Assembly: GCF_009914755.1 (NCBI RefSeq)
Contig: NC_060942.1
Source of the DNA: the human T2T-CHM13v2.0 reference genome, Homo sapiens
Strand: one strand, 5' to 3'
DNA: 64,000 nucleotides
Below the pieces are notes generated by a model. It saw only the letters and a list, made by a program, of their open reading frames with translations. It had not been told where the DNA came from and did no database searches. Below, piece after piece: positions 1 through 17,599 of the stretch. The first letter of the stretch is position 1. Each line of letters begins with the position of its first letter. Made by a program: the position numbers and the translations under genes.

Positions 1-723
1 CAGTTGTACTTTTTTAAAGACTCAAATGGCTTAATTACGTATTTTAAGCCAAGCAATAAAAACATCTAAAAATTGTTCCAAAACCACATTGTTTGCTTGA
101 TGGTGAACAGTTTCTAAACAAAACTAATGTAGCCAGGAAAATGTTGTCCTAAGCCACTGGACAGTTCTTCCTTGAATTGTTGTAGCTGGTAATTAAGCTG
201 GTATGATTGTTAATATTTTCTATTTTTATCAAATTGCTCTTCCAAATTCTGAAAACTATTCAGTCCTTGAGGGCATATGAAATCATTTCCTTGTTATTAA
301 GAAACATGTAAAGCAGATTAAATTAGCAATTATGATCCTAAAGCAAAAATTAAGGAAATGTGCAAGGTTTGACTACCAGGATGTTCATTGAAGCTTTATT
401 TATTTATTTATTATTTGATTATTATTTTTGTTTTGAGATGGAGTCTTGCTCTGTCACTCAGGTTGGAGTCCACTGGCGTAATCTCGGCTCACTGCAACCT
501 CCGCCTCCCAGGTTCAAGCGATTCTCCTGCTTTACCCTCCTGAGTAGCTGTGATTACAGGCGTGTGCCACCACGTCCAGCTAATTTTTGTATTTTTAGTA
601 GAGACTTGGTCAGGCTGGTCTCGAACTCCTGACCTCATGATCCTCCAGCCTTGGCCTCCCAAAGTGCTGGGATTACAGGCGTGAACCACCGTGCCTGGCC
701 TTTTTTTTTTTTTTTTTTTTTGA

Positions 724-831
<108 letters not shown>

Positions 832-1239
832 TAGCTGGTACTATAGGCATGCACCACAACACTGGACTAATTTTTGTAGTTTTAGTGGACGGGGTTTCAC
901 CCCATTGTCCAGGCTGGTCTCGAACTCCTGACCTCAAGTGATCCTCCCACCTCAACCTCCCAAAGTGCTGGGATTACAGGCATGAGCCACTGCGCCTGAC
1001 CCTGAAAGATGATTATTAATATGTGTGCATGTCTTCTATAGACAGATAAAGCATTGGAAAATTTACTCATTTTCACTTTTCCCAAAAAGAATAATTTTCA
1101 CTACATAAATACAAATGATATATATTTATACATTTTAGAAAAGCAAATTGTTTTCAACCACTTTCAACTAATTTGGAAGTCTTATTTTGCTAATGAGGTG
1201 ATGTTGGCATTAATATTGGTAATTTCATTTCTTCTTCTT

Positions 1240-1553
<314 letters not shown>

Positions 1554-3293
1554 CTAGTAATTTCATTTCTCAAGAACTCACTATATTTCTGCAGTTTATG
1601 CTAGATTTATAGATAGATGAGAAAAAGTTTCATCCTGAAGATTTCATTTTAAAAATATTAGTAAATGTGGAATAATTGTGAACAACTAGTTACCAGGAAC
1701 TTCCATTTGCCGTTTAACAATCTTTGTTCATGTTTGTTTGTGTGTGTGGTTTTTTTTGTTTGTTTTTGTTTGTTTGTTTTTTTTTTGAGACAGGATCTCA
1801 CTCTGTTACCCAGGCTGGAGTGGAGTGGCATGATCTCAGCTCACTGCAACCTCCGCCTCGCGAGTTCAAGAGATTCTCATGCCTCAGTCTTCCAAGTAGC
1901 TGGGATTTCAGGCACGCGCCACCATGCCGGACTAATTTTTTTGCATTTTTAGTAGGGATGGTTTTTCACCATGTTGGCCAAGCTGGTCTCAAATTCCTGG
2001 ACTCAAGTGATCTGTCTGCTTTGGCCTCCCAACGTGCTGGGATTACAGGCATGAGCCACCGCGTCCGGCCTTTGGTCATGTTTCCACTATGGTTAAGACC
2101 TTGTGATAAATTGTCAGATTTATAAAGCTGAATGAGATCAAGTTCCTAATTGGGGAAACAGACACAACGCCCTATTTTATTTAACCATGGACATTATGCA
2201 TTTTTATTGATTTTTTGGCATTTTTACTTATCCTTTGACGGTAATGATTGGAAAATCATACCATCTAATGTAAAATGAACAATAAGCCACCATTATAAAA
2301 GCAATATAAGTAAAACCAAATAAATTAATTTGCTAATTGCCTCTCTTGGCCACTAATAATCACCTGTTAAACATTTATCTCTAAACTATATTCTAGAATA
2401 AATTATGTCTCTTTAGCAATTGTTTTGGCTGAAAGAACAGTTTCGGATTCTTGAGTACAATTGGAGGAGATTATACTGCAAAATTTTCCAAATTTGTCCA
2501 TGCTTTATATATCTTGCCCATCAAACCAGTCAATCCAGTTGAGTCACTAATGGAGCAATGTATAGATGATTCTTCAATATCCATTACTTCATTTACTATT
2601 TTTTAAGCCAAATTATTGAGAAACAGGGAACAGTTACAGGGATGTGCCCCAATTAGATAAATCCATTCCATTCCCCAATTATTACTTCAGGATCCCAGGC
2701 CTAAATTATTTAGACCATTCTTATTTTGAGACTGTATATAACCTGATTCAGATTAATAAGATAAATTTGTTAGGACTTTTTGAAAGTGTCACTTTGGGCC
2801 AGGAGCAGTGGCTGACTCCTGTAATCCCAGCACTTTGGGAGGCTGAGGCGGGCGAATCACCTGAGGTCGGGAGTTCGAGACCAGCCTGACCAACATGGAG
2901 AAACTCCGTCTCTACTAAAAATACAAAATTAGCTGGGCGTGGTGGCATGTGCCTGTAATCCCAGCTACTTGGGAGGCTGAGGCAGGAGAATCGCTTGAAT
3001 CTGGAGGTGGAGGTTGCAGTGAGCCGAGATTGTGCCATTACACTCCAGCCTGGGCAACAATATCGAAACTCCGTCTCAAAAAAAAAAAAAAAGAAAGTGT
3101 CATTTTGAACATCTTATGACCATTCAGTTCTCAGGTAATCTCCATGACCTGGAAAGTCTGTCATCAGGGAAGAAGTTGCTTAATAGATATTGATGTTAGA
3201 AGAGGATCTATGCTGATGTTCAAATATGGACAAGGACATGGGATAAAAGAAAAACTTCTAGAAGACAGAACTAGGGCTCAATAAGGGGAATAG

Positions 3294-3632
<339 letters not shown>

Positions 3633-4544
3633 TAGCAGGGATGAGTTTTCACCATGTTGGCCAGGCGGTCTCAAACTCCTGACCTCAAATGATCCACTCA
3701 CCTCAGTCTCTCAAAGTGCAGGGATTACAGGCACGTCCCACAGTGCCTGGCCTATTTTCCAACTTTTTAACAGTAATCTTGTTCTTTGAGTACTGGGGTG
3801 TTGGAAGGTAAGTTATCATTCTGAGAAGCTATAGCCAGGACTGATAAACATGACAACACAATGCCCAGATTGCTCAGCCTGGTGCTGGTATCACAATTAG
3901 ATGGGTCTTTGGGTTGACTTCTAGGTGAATGCGTCTCATATAAGCGGGGTTATGACCAAAGCACTCATTCCTGCCAACTGCCAGGAGTGAAGTCGGCTAA
4001 TGGCCCACAGCCAAGTCCCCCTCTAGGAATTGTCATGTCTCCAAATTATACCTGTCCTCAGGGAAAGCCTACACCCAACATACTCTCAGGGAAATAGGGA
4101 AACAGAAGTGTGGAATGATGAGTGGTACAAAGGCCTCAAGTGTCATCCCTGCTGCACCTCTCCCGTGGGGATAGGCTGAGGCCTCTGTGGCATCTGCATC
4201 ACTGTTCAACCCCTCTCTCTGCCCAATCCTGCTTCTTTCTCTTATTCACAGTGGTTGATCCCAAAAGTACTACCCAATAACCTTACTACACCCAAATCCC
4301 TATCTCAGGGTCTAACTAGGTGTCATCCCAGCTACCCAGGAGGCTGAGGCAGGAGGATCACTTGAGCCCAAGAGTTTGAGGCTCAGTGAGCTGTGATCAC
4401 ACCAATGCACTCCAGTCTGGGCAAAATAGCAAGATCCTGTCTCTAATTTTAAAAAAAGTTAATATTAAAAAGTCTATCTCAGGCCAGGTGCAGTAGCCCA
4501 TGCCTGTAATTCCAGCATTTTGGGAGGCTAAGGCGGGTGGATCA

Positions 4545-4730
<186 letters not shown>

Positions 4731-4785
4731 CTAGTCTGGCGACAGAGTGAGACTCCATCTAAGAAAAAAAAAAGTCTATTTCCTA

Positions 4786-5205
<420 letters not shown>

Positions 5206-6007
5206 TTACATATATTAACTCACTTAATTCTCACTGCCCTATGTGGTACATGCTATTATTAATTTTGTTTTATGGATGGAAAGAATGTGGCACGGAAAGG
5301 TTCAGTTAAGCTGTCCAAGTTCACATGCTGGTAACTGCCAAATCTAGGATCCAAGCCTAGGCAATCTGTTTGCAGAGTACTGCACTCTTTAGTATCTTGG
5401 AGACACTTAGATAGTATTCATGACATGCCAACACCTTGCACCCAGCACCACTACAGAGAAATTCAAGGCCAAGAAAAATATCAAGTTGCTGTAAGAAGCA
5501 GGTGCAGACCAGATAAAATGTGGCAGTGGGCTCAGCTTGCCCATGGCCAACAGCATCACCGACTCTAGGCGTTCCCCGGCTCACCCCTAGCTTCTTGGGC
5601 TGTCTCGGAAGGGGCAGTCATTGGCCATGTAGAGGTTACGGGGAGCACAGTCTCCTTAACACAGACCAAAGACTCCAGTGTCTCCTTTAAACGAAGAATG
5701 GGACAGGGGCAGCTGCTGCTGAGAACCGGAAAAAGACCCAGAGGAAAGCCAAGAATCTGAAAAATCTCAGGCACTCTGCCTTCACAGCCCGCACTATTCA
5801 TACCATACGTATTCCTTCTCAGTAAGGAAGGGGAAGGGGCATGTGTAAGGCAGATAACAAACCCCTGGCTGAGCCCAAGGTGACATTGTGGTAGAATCTC
5901 CGTCATCTATTCTGCCAGGCCCTAGAGTGGCAGCTACATCCTTCCAGAAAGTGACCCTGATGCATCTCCATCCTGCTTACCAGATGCTAGTTCAGGGCCT
6001 AACCTCA

Positions 6008-6422
<415 letters not shown>

Positions 6423-7519
6423 TCATAGGCAGCAGTTATCTCACCACTTGCCCAAGGATGAGGTGGACATGGAGGAGGCAAATCAGAAGAACAGCAGGGA
6501 AATGGTGCTAGAGTCCCTGGAATAAGTCATCCCAGAAACGTGCACTTCCTCCGGACTCGTAGCTTCCTGAACCACTAAGTCTCCTCACCATTTAAGTCAG
6601 CATGACTTGGACTATCTCCCCTTTTGGCGGAGAGAAGGAGCATCTTCAGACTTCACTCCAACCCTTTCCCCTCCAGACCATTGAGAAAATGTTTACAGCA
6701 TTTAAAAAAGTATTAATTTGGATGCTTTTGATTGCAAGTAACAAGAGTAAATAGTAGCTAACTTAAGCAAAAGAGATAACTTTTTTGGAAAATTGGGACA
6801 TTTCATGGAATCCAAGGACAGAGTCACAGCCTGGCCTCTGGAATAAGCCAATTGTAAGGAATTCAAGAGTCCTTTTTCTTCATCTTTTTGCAGTGCCTTT
6901 TTTCTTACTGCCAAAAAGGCTTTCTTTGTTCTTCAGTCCACAATTAAGAACATAACTACACACAGCTTTTGAATTTTCCGTGTTACAGCTAATGCAGAGA
7001 GACTGATTTATTTTCTCTCCTTCTCTTCCTCCCTTCCTCTCTAACTTTTGAAATCTCTCTGTCTGAATTTTGAAATTCCTACAGAACAAACTTAGCCCAG
7101 CTTGGGTGAGGTAGCCATGCTTGAACTAATGAACAGTGGCTGGTGGCTGATGAAGGGGTGTCGGGTTGAAGGCCACTTCTAGGAAAGTGGGTACTATTGC
7201 TGTACCAAACGGATAGAGCAGGAGTGGAGAACAATAAAGAGAAAAGAAGTTCTTAGCAATATACACTTGAACAACAACGAAAGGGAATATGAGAAAACGA
7301 AAGCATTTATCAAAGTTATGAAATTATTTATGAGGTTATTCTTTTAAATTTTGTATTTTAGAACAGAAAACATAATGCAGGCTGGACGTGGTGGCTCACG
7401 TCTGTAATCCCAGCACTTTGGGAGGCCGAGGCGGGCAGATTGCTTGAGGTCAGGAGTTTGAGGCCAGCCTGGCCAACACAGTGAAACATCATCTGTACTA
7501 AAAATACAAAAATTGGCTA

Positions 7520-8030
<511 letters not shown>

Positions 8031-9344
8031 TCACACTCACCCCCCGCCACCCCATCTGCATTCCAGCTGCACCACCCACAAGCTGCATAGCCTTGTACCA
8101 TTTATTTAACTGTAAATGAAGATAACACCTGTCCAAAAGTTAAGGATGCAATGAGTGAGTCGATGTAATATGCTCAGCACCATACTGGTACATAATGAGT
8201 GCCTTACAAGCAGTAGCTGGTATTATTTATAAATTTTCCTTAATTGGTTAAAATACCATTTAAAAACAAATAAAAGGTAGAAAGGGGGGGATATTTCTGC
8301 TGCTTCGTCTGAACCAAGTTATACATTATTGGTACCGTAAGATATAGTTTTTGCTGGGGCCTGTGGGGTGACGCTGAGCCGGGTGGTCACCTATGATGGA
8401 GGTCAGTGGTTCCTGAGATGGAAAGTCTGTAGAGCTGCATTACTGTATTGATTAACTGTGAGGGAATTTTCTCCACAGGGGGTTTAACAATAGCAGAACC
8501 ATTAGCAGCATCTCCTTGAGCGCCATCTGGCATTGATTTTTCCACCGTACTTCCTGAGGGAGGACTCTCCGGGGACTTAAAGTGAAGGAAACAATGATTC
8601 TTCTCTTACCTCTGCAACTGCTGACTTAGAATCTTTTGTTTTAGTTTTTTTTCTTCATTTATTCACTTCGATAACACAGAGACAAGCTAGAAAAAGGGCA
8701 CTGCTATGCTGTATAAAAAAAAAATCACTTCTGAGTTAGGTCTTATGTGTGCCACAAACCCTGTAGTTCAGTTTAAAATTTTTGTTGAGTTTTTATTCCG
8801 ACAAGACTTATGTTTAGGGTAGAATTAACCCATTATTTACTTATAGTGTCAGCACAGGAAGCAATCACATTATCTGAAAGTAAAGTCTGTAGGTGGGCAT
8901 AGTTGCGGGCACCTGTAATCCCAGCTACTCGGGAGGCTGAGGCCGAGGGAATAGCTTGAACCCCGGAGGCAGAGATTACAGTGAGCCAAGATGGCACCAC
9001 TGCACTCTAGCCTGGGCGACAGAGCAAGACTTCATCTCAAAAAAAAAAAAAAAGAAAGAAAGAAAGTAAAGTCCGAAGCATTGACATTCTTCTGTGACAA
9101 AATGACAAAAGATGGTTAGTTGTGTAGGTAATAGAAGAATGTCCAATAGAAAACTATTGATATAATTGTTGGTGTTGTGCAGTAAAAAATTAAAAAATTA
9201 CAAAAAGGCCAGGCACGGTGGCTCACACCTGTAATCTCAGCACTTTGGAAGACCAAGGTGGGCGGATCACAAGGTCAAGAGATCGAGACCATCCTGGCCA
9301 ACATGGTGAAACTCTGTCTCTACTAAAAATACAAAAGTTAGCTA

Positions 9345-9551
<207 letters not shown>

Positions 9552-10197
9552 TTATATTGCTTCTAATTTTGTTTTATTTATTTATTTATTTTGAGACAGG
9601 GTCTCGCTCTGTCACCCAGGCTGGAGTAGGGTGGCATGAGCAGGGCTCAATGCAGCCTCATGATGCAAACTTAGCCCCAACTAATTTTTAAAAAAACATT
9701 TTGTACAAACAGGGTCTCACTCTGTTACCCAGGCTGTTCTCAAACTCCCGGGCTCAAGCGATCTTCCCACCTCAGCTTCCCAAAATGTTGGGATTACAGG
9801 CGTGAGCCAACACGCCCAGGCTAATTTTGTTTTAAACTACTATTTAAATAGTTTATTTTTTTAAATGTTTTTACCATTTGTGGTTTTACCTTACCAAATA
9901 AGTTACATCCCTTCTACATAGGCTAGTGCTTTCTAAGTACTGTACTTAATGACTTAATTTTTATTTCAAATGTGTTGATCTGGAAAGTTGAAGGATGTAA
10001 TATTCCAGATACAATATGCTTTCACCTCATTGAGAGTCAGTTTGCTTCTCTGCAAAATTAGAGAATTGGGTCAGATGCCCTTTTTGACTTTTCCCATTCT
10101 AAATATGCCATGATTTCATGCATATTGAGCTAGAACACCCCAAATGTGGAGTTGATTCAAACATTACCCAGTTTTTTTGTTTTGTTTTGTTTTTTGA

Positions 10198-10497
<300 letters not shown>

Positions 10498-11174
10498 TGA
10501 CAGCTGCTGAAATATTCACTGGGTTATTCCTGGAAGAAGACAGCATGCTTTGAAGGTATGCTGTAATGTGACTGCCCACAGTTGAAGTAAGCTGCAATGG
10601 TCAGAATGTCAAGAAGACAGCTGCCCCCAGTATGCTATCTGGGGGGCCTAGCAACAAATAGCAATGAGATTGGCTAGCAGAAAAACTGAGGGCAATATGC
10701 AAGTTTGAAAATCCAATTGTGCCAAAATCAAGGCAGAAGATTCAGGTTCTTGGCTGTCTTACCTGGGTGAACTCATAAATCCTTCATTCAGCAGAATTTT
10801 ATTTGCGATTATGTCCTTCTGGCTTTAAGAGATGGTGCCTTGTTTTACCATCAAATGTTGCTTCGGATTGAGGAGGTGTGCTTTTCACATTCATATCTCA
10901 GATGTTTGTATTTCTGTAGAATACTGTGAAGCTTTATTACTCTCAATAGGTTTATAGATAAGAATTTTTTAAAAATTATCTTATTAACTGTAGAAATATC
11001 TATGTTTCAGTGCCAGGATATTTAACCAGTGTAATGTCATCCAGTAGTGAGGAGGCAGAGTTGTGGGCAGAAGACACTAGAATAAATGTGAGTAACTCCC
11101 TCCTGCCACCTGACGTCCCTCCTGCTGTCAAAGTAACCTGCAGAGTCTGCTGTGGTCCATCACGTAGGACCGTA

Positions 11175-11340
11175 TATATCAAAGAATGGTCTGCTGACCC
11201 CTCCAGAATCAACCAGGAACTGCTAAAAAATGTAGCTTTTGCAGCTCACCCCGACCCACTGAATTGAAATATCTCAGAATGGGGCCATTTTAACAAGCTC
11301 CTCAGGTGATTGATGCAAGATAAAGTTTGAGAACCCTTGA
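11175..11340. mobile_element. MER5-type hAT DNA transposon fossil
   Basis: agaatca.c.ggaact...aaaaatgtag...cccactgaattgaaatatct...ttttaacaagctcc.caggtgatt...aagtttgagaacc. Confidence 0.7.
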
Positions 11341-11725
11341 CTTAAACTGAATGACTTGTCAAAGTTGTAGGTATGGCTCTCTCCCTCTTCTACCTAAACC
11401 CTTAATGGGCTCCACAAAGCCACAGAAGCAAGTTGAAAGTTTTTAACCTGTCAAATACAGCTTTAATGACTTCTCTGCCTAGGTCTCCAGTTTTATTCTC
11501 TCCCCACTGAGTGCCGTGTGCTTAAAATTCCAGCAACAAGGAACTGTTTGCAGTCTCTGCAAACAGAGCTTGCTGCTTCTGGTCTCCTTGTCTGGGCTGA
11601 CCAGGTCCCCTCTATCTGGAATGCCCTCCCTCCCTCCCTCCCTTCCTTTCTTTTCTCTTTTTTTTTTTTTTTTGAGACGGAGTCTTGTTCTGTTGCCAAG
11701 GCTGGAGTGCAATGGCGTGATCTAG

Positions 11726-12073
<348 letters not shown>

Positions 12074-12147
12074 TAAGTTAACATGGCTGCTCTTTCTCTT
12101 TGTAGATCTGTATCATCAGTCTTATCATATTGAATTATAAATGCTAG

Positions 12148-12555
<408 letters not shown>

Positions 12556-12809
12556 TGAAGAAAGAAGTATTGGTGAGATGCTGCATAGCTAAGAGATAAA
12601 AAAGAAGTATTTCAACTATGCTTACAAAGGGCAGACACTGGGGAAGCTGCAGGTCATAGCAATAGGAACTCCTACCCATGTCAGAGGAGGGCCATGAAGG
12701 ACAAAAAGTGGAGACTATCAGTGGCAGCCTCAACAAGTCATTGTTATGTCACTGAAATATACACATGCATACGTACACATACATTACATTTAACATTGTG
12801 TGTGGTTCG

Positions 12810-13273
12810 TGTCAGGCCTCTGAGCCCAAGCTAAGCCATCATATCCCCAGTGAACTGCACATATACATCCAGATGGCCTGAAGCAACTGAAGATCCACAA
12901 AAGAAGTGAAAATAGCCTTAACTGATGACATTCCACTATTGTGATTGGTTTCTGCCCCACCTTAACTGATCAATGTACTTTGTAATCTCCCCCACCCTTA
13001 AGAAGGTTCTTTATAATCTCTCCCACCCTTAAGAAGGTTCTTTGTAATTCTCCCCGCCCTTGAGAATGTACTTTGTGAGATCCACCCCCTGCCCCCAAAA
13101 CATTGCTCTTAATTCCACCGCCTATCCCAAAACCTATAAGAACTAATGATAATCCCACCACCCTTTGCTGACTCTCTTTTCGGACTCAGCCAGCCTGCAC
13201 CCAGGTAAAATAAACAGCCTTGTTGCTCACACAAAGCCTGTTTGGTGGTCTCTTCACACGGACACGTGAGACA
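12810..13273 (+). promoter_or_regulatory. HERV-H 5' LTR (LTR7 type, 464 bp) with promoter elements intact
   Basis: TGTCAGGCCTCTGAGCCCAAG start, 31-bp U3 repeats starting at 12978, 13009 and 13040, TATAAG at 13135, AATAAA near 13209, GAGACA end. Confidence 0.93.
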
Positions 13274-13275
13274 TT

Positions 13276-13293
13276 TGGTGCCGAAACCCAGGA
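13276..13293 (+). other. Primer-binding site complementary to tRNA-Phe
   Basis: TGGTGCCGAAACCCAGGA matches 17/18 of the tRNA-Phe PBS TGGTGCCGAAACCCGGGA and is clearly worse against the tRNA-His PBS TGGTGCCGTGACTCGGAT. Confidence 0.85.
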
Positions 13294-13831
13294 CAGGGGG
13301 ACTCCTTCAGGAGACCGGTCCCCCGTCCTCGCCCTCACTCTGTGAGGAGATCCACCTATGACCTCGGGTCCTCAGACCAACCAACCCAAGGAACATCTCA
13401 CCAATTTCAAATCGGGTAAGTGGTCTTTTCACTCTTCTCCAGCCTCTCTCGCTACCCTTCAGTCTTCCTCTCTCGCTACCCTTCAATCTCCCTGTCCTTC
13501 CAATTCCAGTTCTTTTTCCTCTCTAGTAGAGACAAAAGAGACACATTTTATCTGTGGACCCAAAACTCCGGTGCTGGTCACAGACTTGGGAAGACAGTCT
13601 TCGCTTGGTGTTTAATCACTGTGGGGATGCCTGCCTGATTATTCACCCGCATTTCATTGGTGTCTGATCACCGCAGGAATGCCTGCCTTCATCATTCACC
13701 CATATTCCCTTGGTGGCAAATCAATTGCAGGGACGTCTGCTTTGGCTGCTCACCCACATTGCAGCCCAGGGCTGCTCACCCACCCCCTTCTCCATGTCTC
13801 TACCCTTGTCTTTAAACTTGCCTCCTTCACT

Positions 13832-15413
13832 ATGGGCAACCTTCCACCCTCCATTCCTCCTTCTTCTCCCTTAGCCTGTGTTTGCAAGAACTTAAAATCT
13901 CTTCAACTCTCACCTGACCTAAAGTCTAAGCATCTTATTTTCTTCTGCAATACCACTTGGCCCCAATACAAACTTGACAGTAGTTCCGAGTGGCCAGAGA
14001 ATGGCACTTTCAATTTGTCTATCCTACAAGATCTAGATAATTTTTGTCGAAAAATGGGCAGATGGTCTGAGGTGCCTGACGTCCAGGCATTCTTTTACAT
14101 GTCGGTCCCTCCCTAGTCTCTGCTCCCAATGTGACTCGTCCCAAATCTTTCTTCTTTCTCTCCTGTCTGTTCCTTCAATCTCCACCCCAAGCTCTGAGTC
14201 CTTTGAATCCTTTTCTATGGACTCATCTGACCTCTCCCCTTCTCCCCAGGCTGCTGCCAGGTCCCGGTTCTTCCTCAGCCTCTGCTCCCCAATCCTATAA
14301 TCCTTCTATCACCTCCCCTCCCAACACCCAGGCCTGGCTTACAGTTTCGTTTTGCGACTAGCCCTCCCCCACCTGCCCAACAATTTCCTCTTGGAGAGGT
14401 GGCTGGAGCTGAAGGCATAGTCAGGGTACATGTGCCTTTTTCTCTATCAGACCTCTCTCAGATCAGTCAGCATTTAGGCTCCTTCTCATCAGACCCCACT
14501 AAATATATGCAGGAATTCTGATATCTAACTCTGTCCTACAATTTAACCTAGAGTTACTTAAATGTCATCCTAACTTCTACCCCCTCCCCAGATGAATGGG
14601 AAAGAGTTTTTTCTCTAGCCCAATCTCACACTGACAACCGCCGGCTTCATGAGCCAGACCTCCAGGAAGGCATTAGAGCAGTTCCCTGAGAAGATCCCCA
14701 ATGGAACTATCAGGCAGATTCCCCAGGTATAGCTAGGCGAGATTACATGGTTTCCCGCCTAGTTGAAGGGCTTAAAAAGGCAGCTTACAAAGCTGTTAAT
14801 TATGACAAACTTAAAGAAACTACCCAAGGTAAAGATGAAAACCCAGCCCAGTTCATGGCCCGCTTAGTGGCAACCTTAGATGCTTTACCACCCTAGACCC
14901 AGAGGGGCCAGAAGGCCGCCTTATTCTTAATATGCATTTTATCACCCAGTCAGCTCCTGACTTTAGAAAAAAGCTTCAAAAATTAGATTCTAGCCCTCAA
15001 ACCCCGCAACAGGACCTAATTAGCCTCACCTTCAAGGTGTACAATAATAGAGTAGAGGCAGCCAAGTTTCAACTATTTCTGAGTTGCAATTACGTGCCTC
15101 CACTGTGAGAGAAACCCCAGCCACATCTCCAGCACACAGGAACTTCAAAACGTCTGAACTGCAGTGGTCAGGCGTTCCTCCAGGACCAACTTACCCAGGA
15201 TTTTGCTTCAAGTGCCGGAAATCTGGCCACTGGGCCAAGGAATGCCCCTAGCCTGGGATTCCTCCTAAGCTGTGTCCCATCTGTGCGGGACCCCACTGGA
15301 AATCGGACTGTTCAACTCACCTGGCAGCCACTTCCAGAGCCCCTGGAACTCTGGCCCAAGGCTCTCTGACTGACTCCTTCCCAGATCTTCTCGGCTTAGT
15401 GGCTGAAGACTGA
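13832..15413 (+). pseudogene. HERV-H gag remnant (matrix start, capsid region, two CCHC zinc knuckles)
   Basis: ATG GGC AAC (MGNLPPSIPPSSPLAC) at 13832; CFKCRKSGHWAKEC at 15204-15245 and CPICAGPHWKSDC at 15273-15311; multiple stops and frameshifts. Confidence 0.88.
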
Positions 15414-15453
15414 CGCTGCCCGATCGCCTTGGAAGCCCCCTAGACCATCACGG

Positions 15454-17431
15454 ATGCTTTGGGTAACTCTCACAGTGGAGGGTAAGTCCGTACCCTTCTT
15501 AATCAATACGGAGGCTACCCACTCCACATTACCTTCTTTTCAAGGGCCTGTTTCCTTTGCCTCCATAACTGTTGTGGGTATTGACTGCCAGGCTTCTAAA
15601 CCTCTTAAAATTCCCCAACTCTGGTGCCAACTTGGACTGCATTCTTTAATGCACTCCTTTTTAGTTATCCCCACTTACCCAGCTCCCTTATTAGGTCGAG
15701 ACATTTTAACAAAATTATCTGCTTCCCTGACTATTCCTGGGCTACAGCCACACCTCATTGCCGCCTTTTCCCCCAGTTCAAAGCCTCCTTCGCATCCTCT
15801 CCTTGTATCTCCCCACCTTAATCCACAAGTATAGGACACCTCTACTCCCTCCTTGGCGACAGATGATGCACCCCTTACCATCCCATTAAAACCTGGTCAC
15901 CCTTACCCCAATCAACGCCAATATCCCATCCTGCAGCATGCTTTAAAAGGATTAAAGCCTGCTATCACTTGCCTGTTACAGCATGGCCTTTTAAAGCCTA
16001 TAAACTCTCCTTACAATTCCCCCATTTTACCTGTCCAAAGACCAGCCAAGTCTTACAGGTTAGTTCAGGATCTGTGCCTTATCAACCAAATTATCTTGCC
16101 TATCCACCCTGTGGTGCCAAACCAATATACTCTCCTATCCTCAATACCTCCCTCCACAACCCATTCTGTTCTAGATAAACCTAGCTGACCCCATACATCC
16201 TAAATCCTTTCCCCACTCCCCTTTCCATTCCTTAAAAAACAGCCCTAAAAGCTGCTCCCACACTAGCTCTCCCTAACTCATCCCAACCCTTTTCATTACA
16301 CACAGCCAAAGTACAGGGCTGTGTGGCCAGAATTCTTACACAAGAGCCGGGACTGCGCCCTGTAGCCTTTCTGTCCAAACAACTTGACCTTACTGTTTTA
16401 GCCTAGCCCTCATGTCTGCATGCAGTGGCTGCTGCTGCTTTAATACTTTTAGAGACTCTCAAAATCAGAAGCTATGCTCCACTTACTCTCTACAGTTCCC
16501 ATAACTTTCAAAATCTATTGTCCTCCTCACATTTGACACATATGCTTTCTGCCCCCCAGCTCCTTCAGCTATACTCAGTCTTTGTTGAGTCTCCCACAAT
16601 TACCATTATTACTGGCCTGGACTTCAATCCGGCCTCCCACGTTATTCTGGATACCACACCTGACCCCTATGACTGTATCTCTCTGATCCATCTGACATTC
16701 ACTCCATTTCCTCATATTTCCTTCTTTACTATTCCTTACCCTGATCACACTTGGTTTATTGATGGCAGTTCCACCAGGCCTAATCGCCACTCACCAGCAA
16801 AGGCAGGCTATGCTATAGTATCTTCCACATCTATCATTGAGGCTACCGCTCTGCCCCCCTCCACTACCTCTCAGCAAGCCGAACTCACTGCCTTAACCTG
16901 GGCCCTCACTCTTGCAAAGGGACTATATGCATCAATATTTATACTGACTCTAAATATGCCTCCCATATCCTGCACCACCATGCTGTTACATGGGCAGAAA
17001 GAAATTTCCTCACTATGCAAGGGTCCTCCTCCATCATTAACACTTCTTTAATAAAAACTCTTCTCAAAGCCGCTTTACTTCCAAAGGAAGCTGGAGTCAT
17101 TCACTGCAAGGGCCATCAGAAGGCATCAGATCCCATCACTCAGGGCAACACTTATGCTGATAAGGTAGCTAAAGAAGCAGCTAGCTTTCCAACTTCTGTC
17201 CCTCATGGCCAGTTTTTCTCCTTCTCATTGGTCACTCCTATTTACTCTCTTACTGAAGTTTCCACCTATCAATTTCTTCCCACACAAGGCAAATGGTTCT
17301 TGGACCAAGGAAAATATCTCCTTTCAGCCTCACAGGCCCATTCTATTCTGTCATCATTTCATAACCTCTTCCATGTAGGTTACAAGCTGTTAGCCTGCCT
17401 CTTAAAACCTCTCATTTCCTTTCCATCATGA
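15454..17431 (+). pseudogene. HERV-H pro-pol remnant (dead protease, RT N-terminus, tether/RNase H; RT core and most of integrase deleted)
   Basis: Protease LINTEATHS (catalytic DTG replaced by NTE) and LLGRDIL; RT motif SPYNSPILPV...YRLVQDL with no YxDD; RNase H motifs WFIDGSS, QQAEL and VIHCKGHQ; broken across several frames. Confidence 0.9.
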
Positions 17432-17599
17432 ATATCTATCCCCAATCCTCCATTCTTGACTCCCTCTTTGAGTAGATAGATGATCTTTGCTGACAGGACA
17501 TACTCCAAAGCTTTCACCCTGATGAAGTCCTATTCTTTACTTTTATACTCACTCTTATTCTCATTCCCATTCTTATGCCATCCTCTACCTCTCCCCAGC

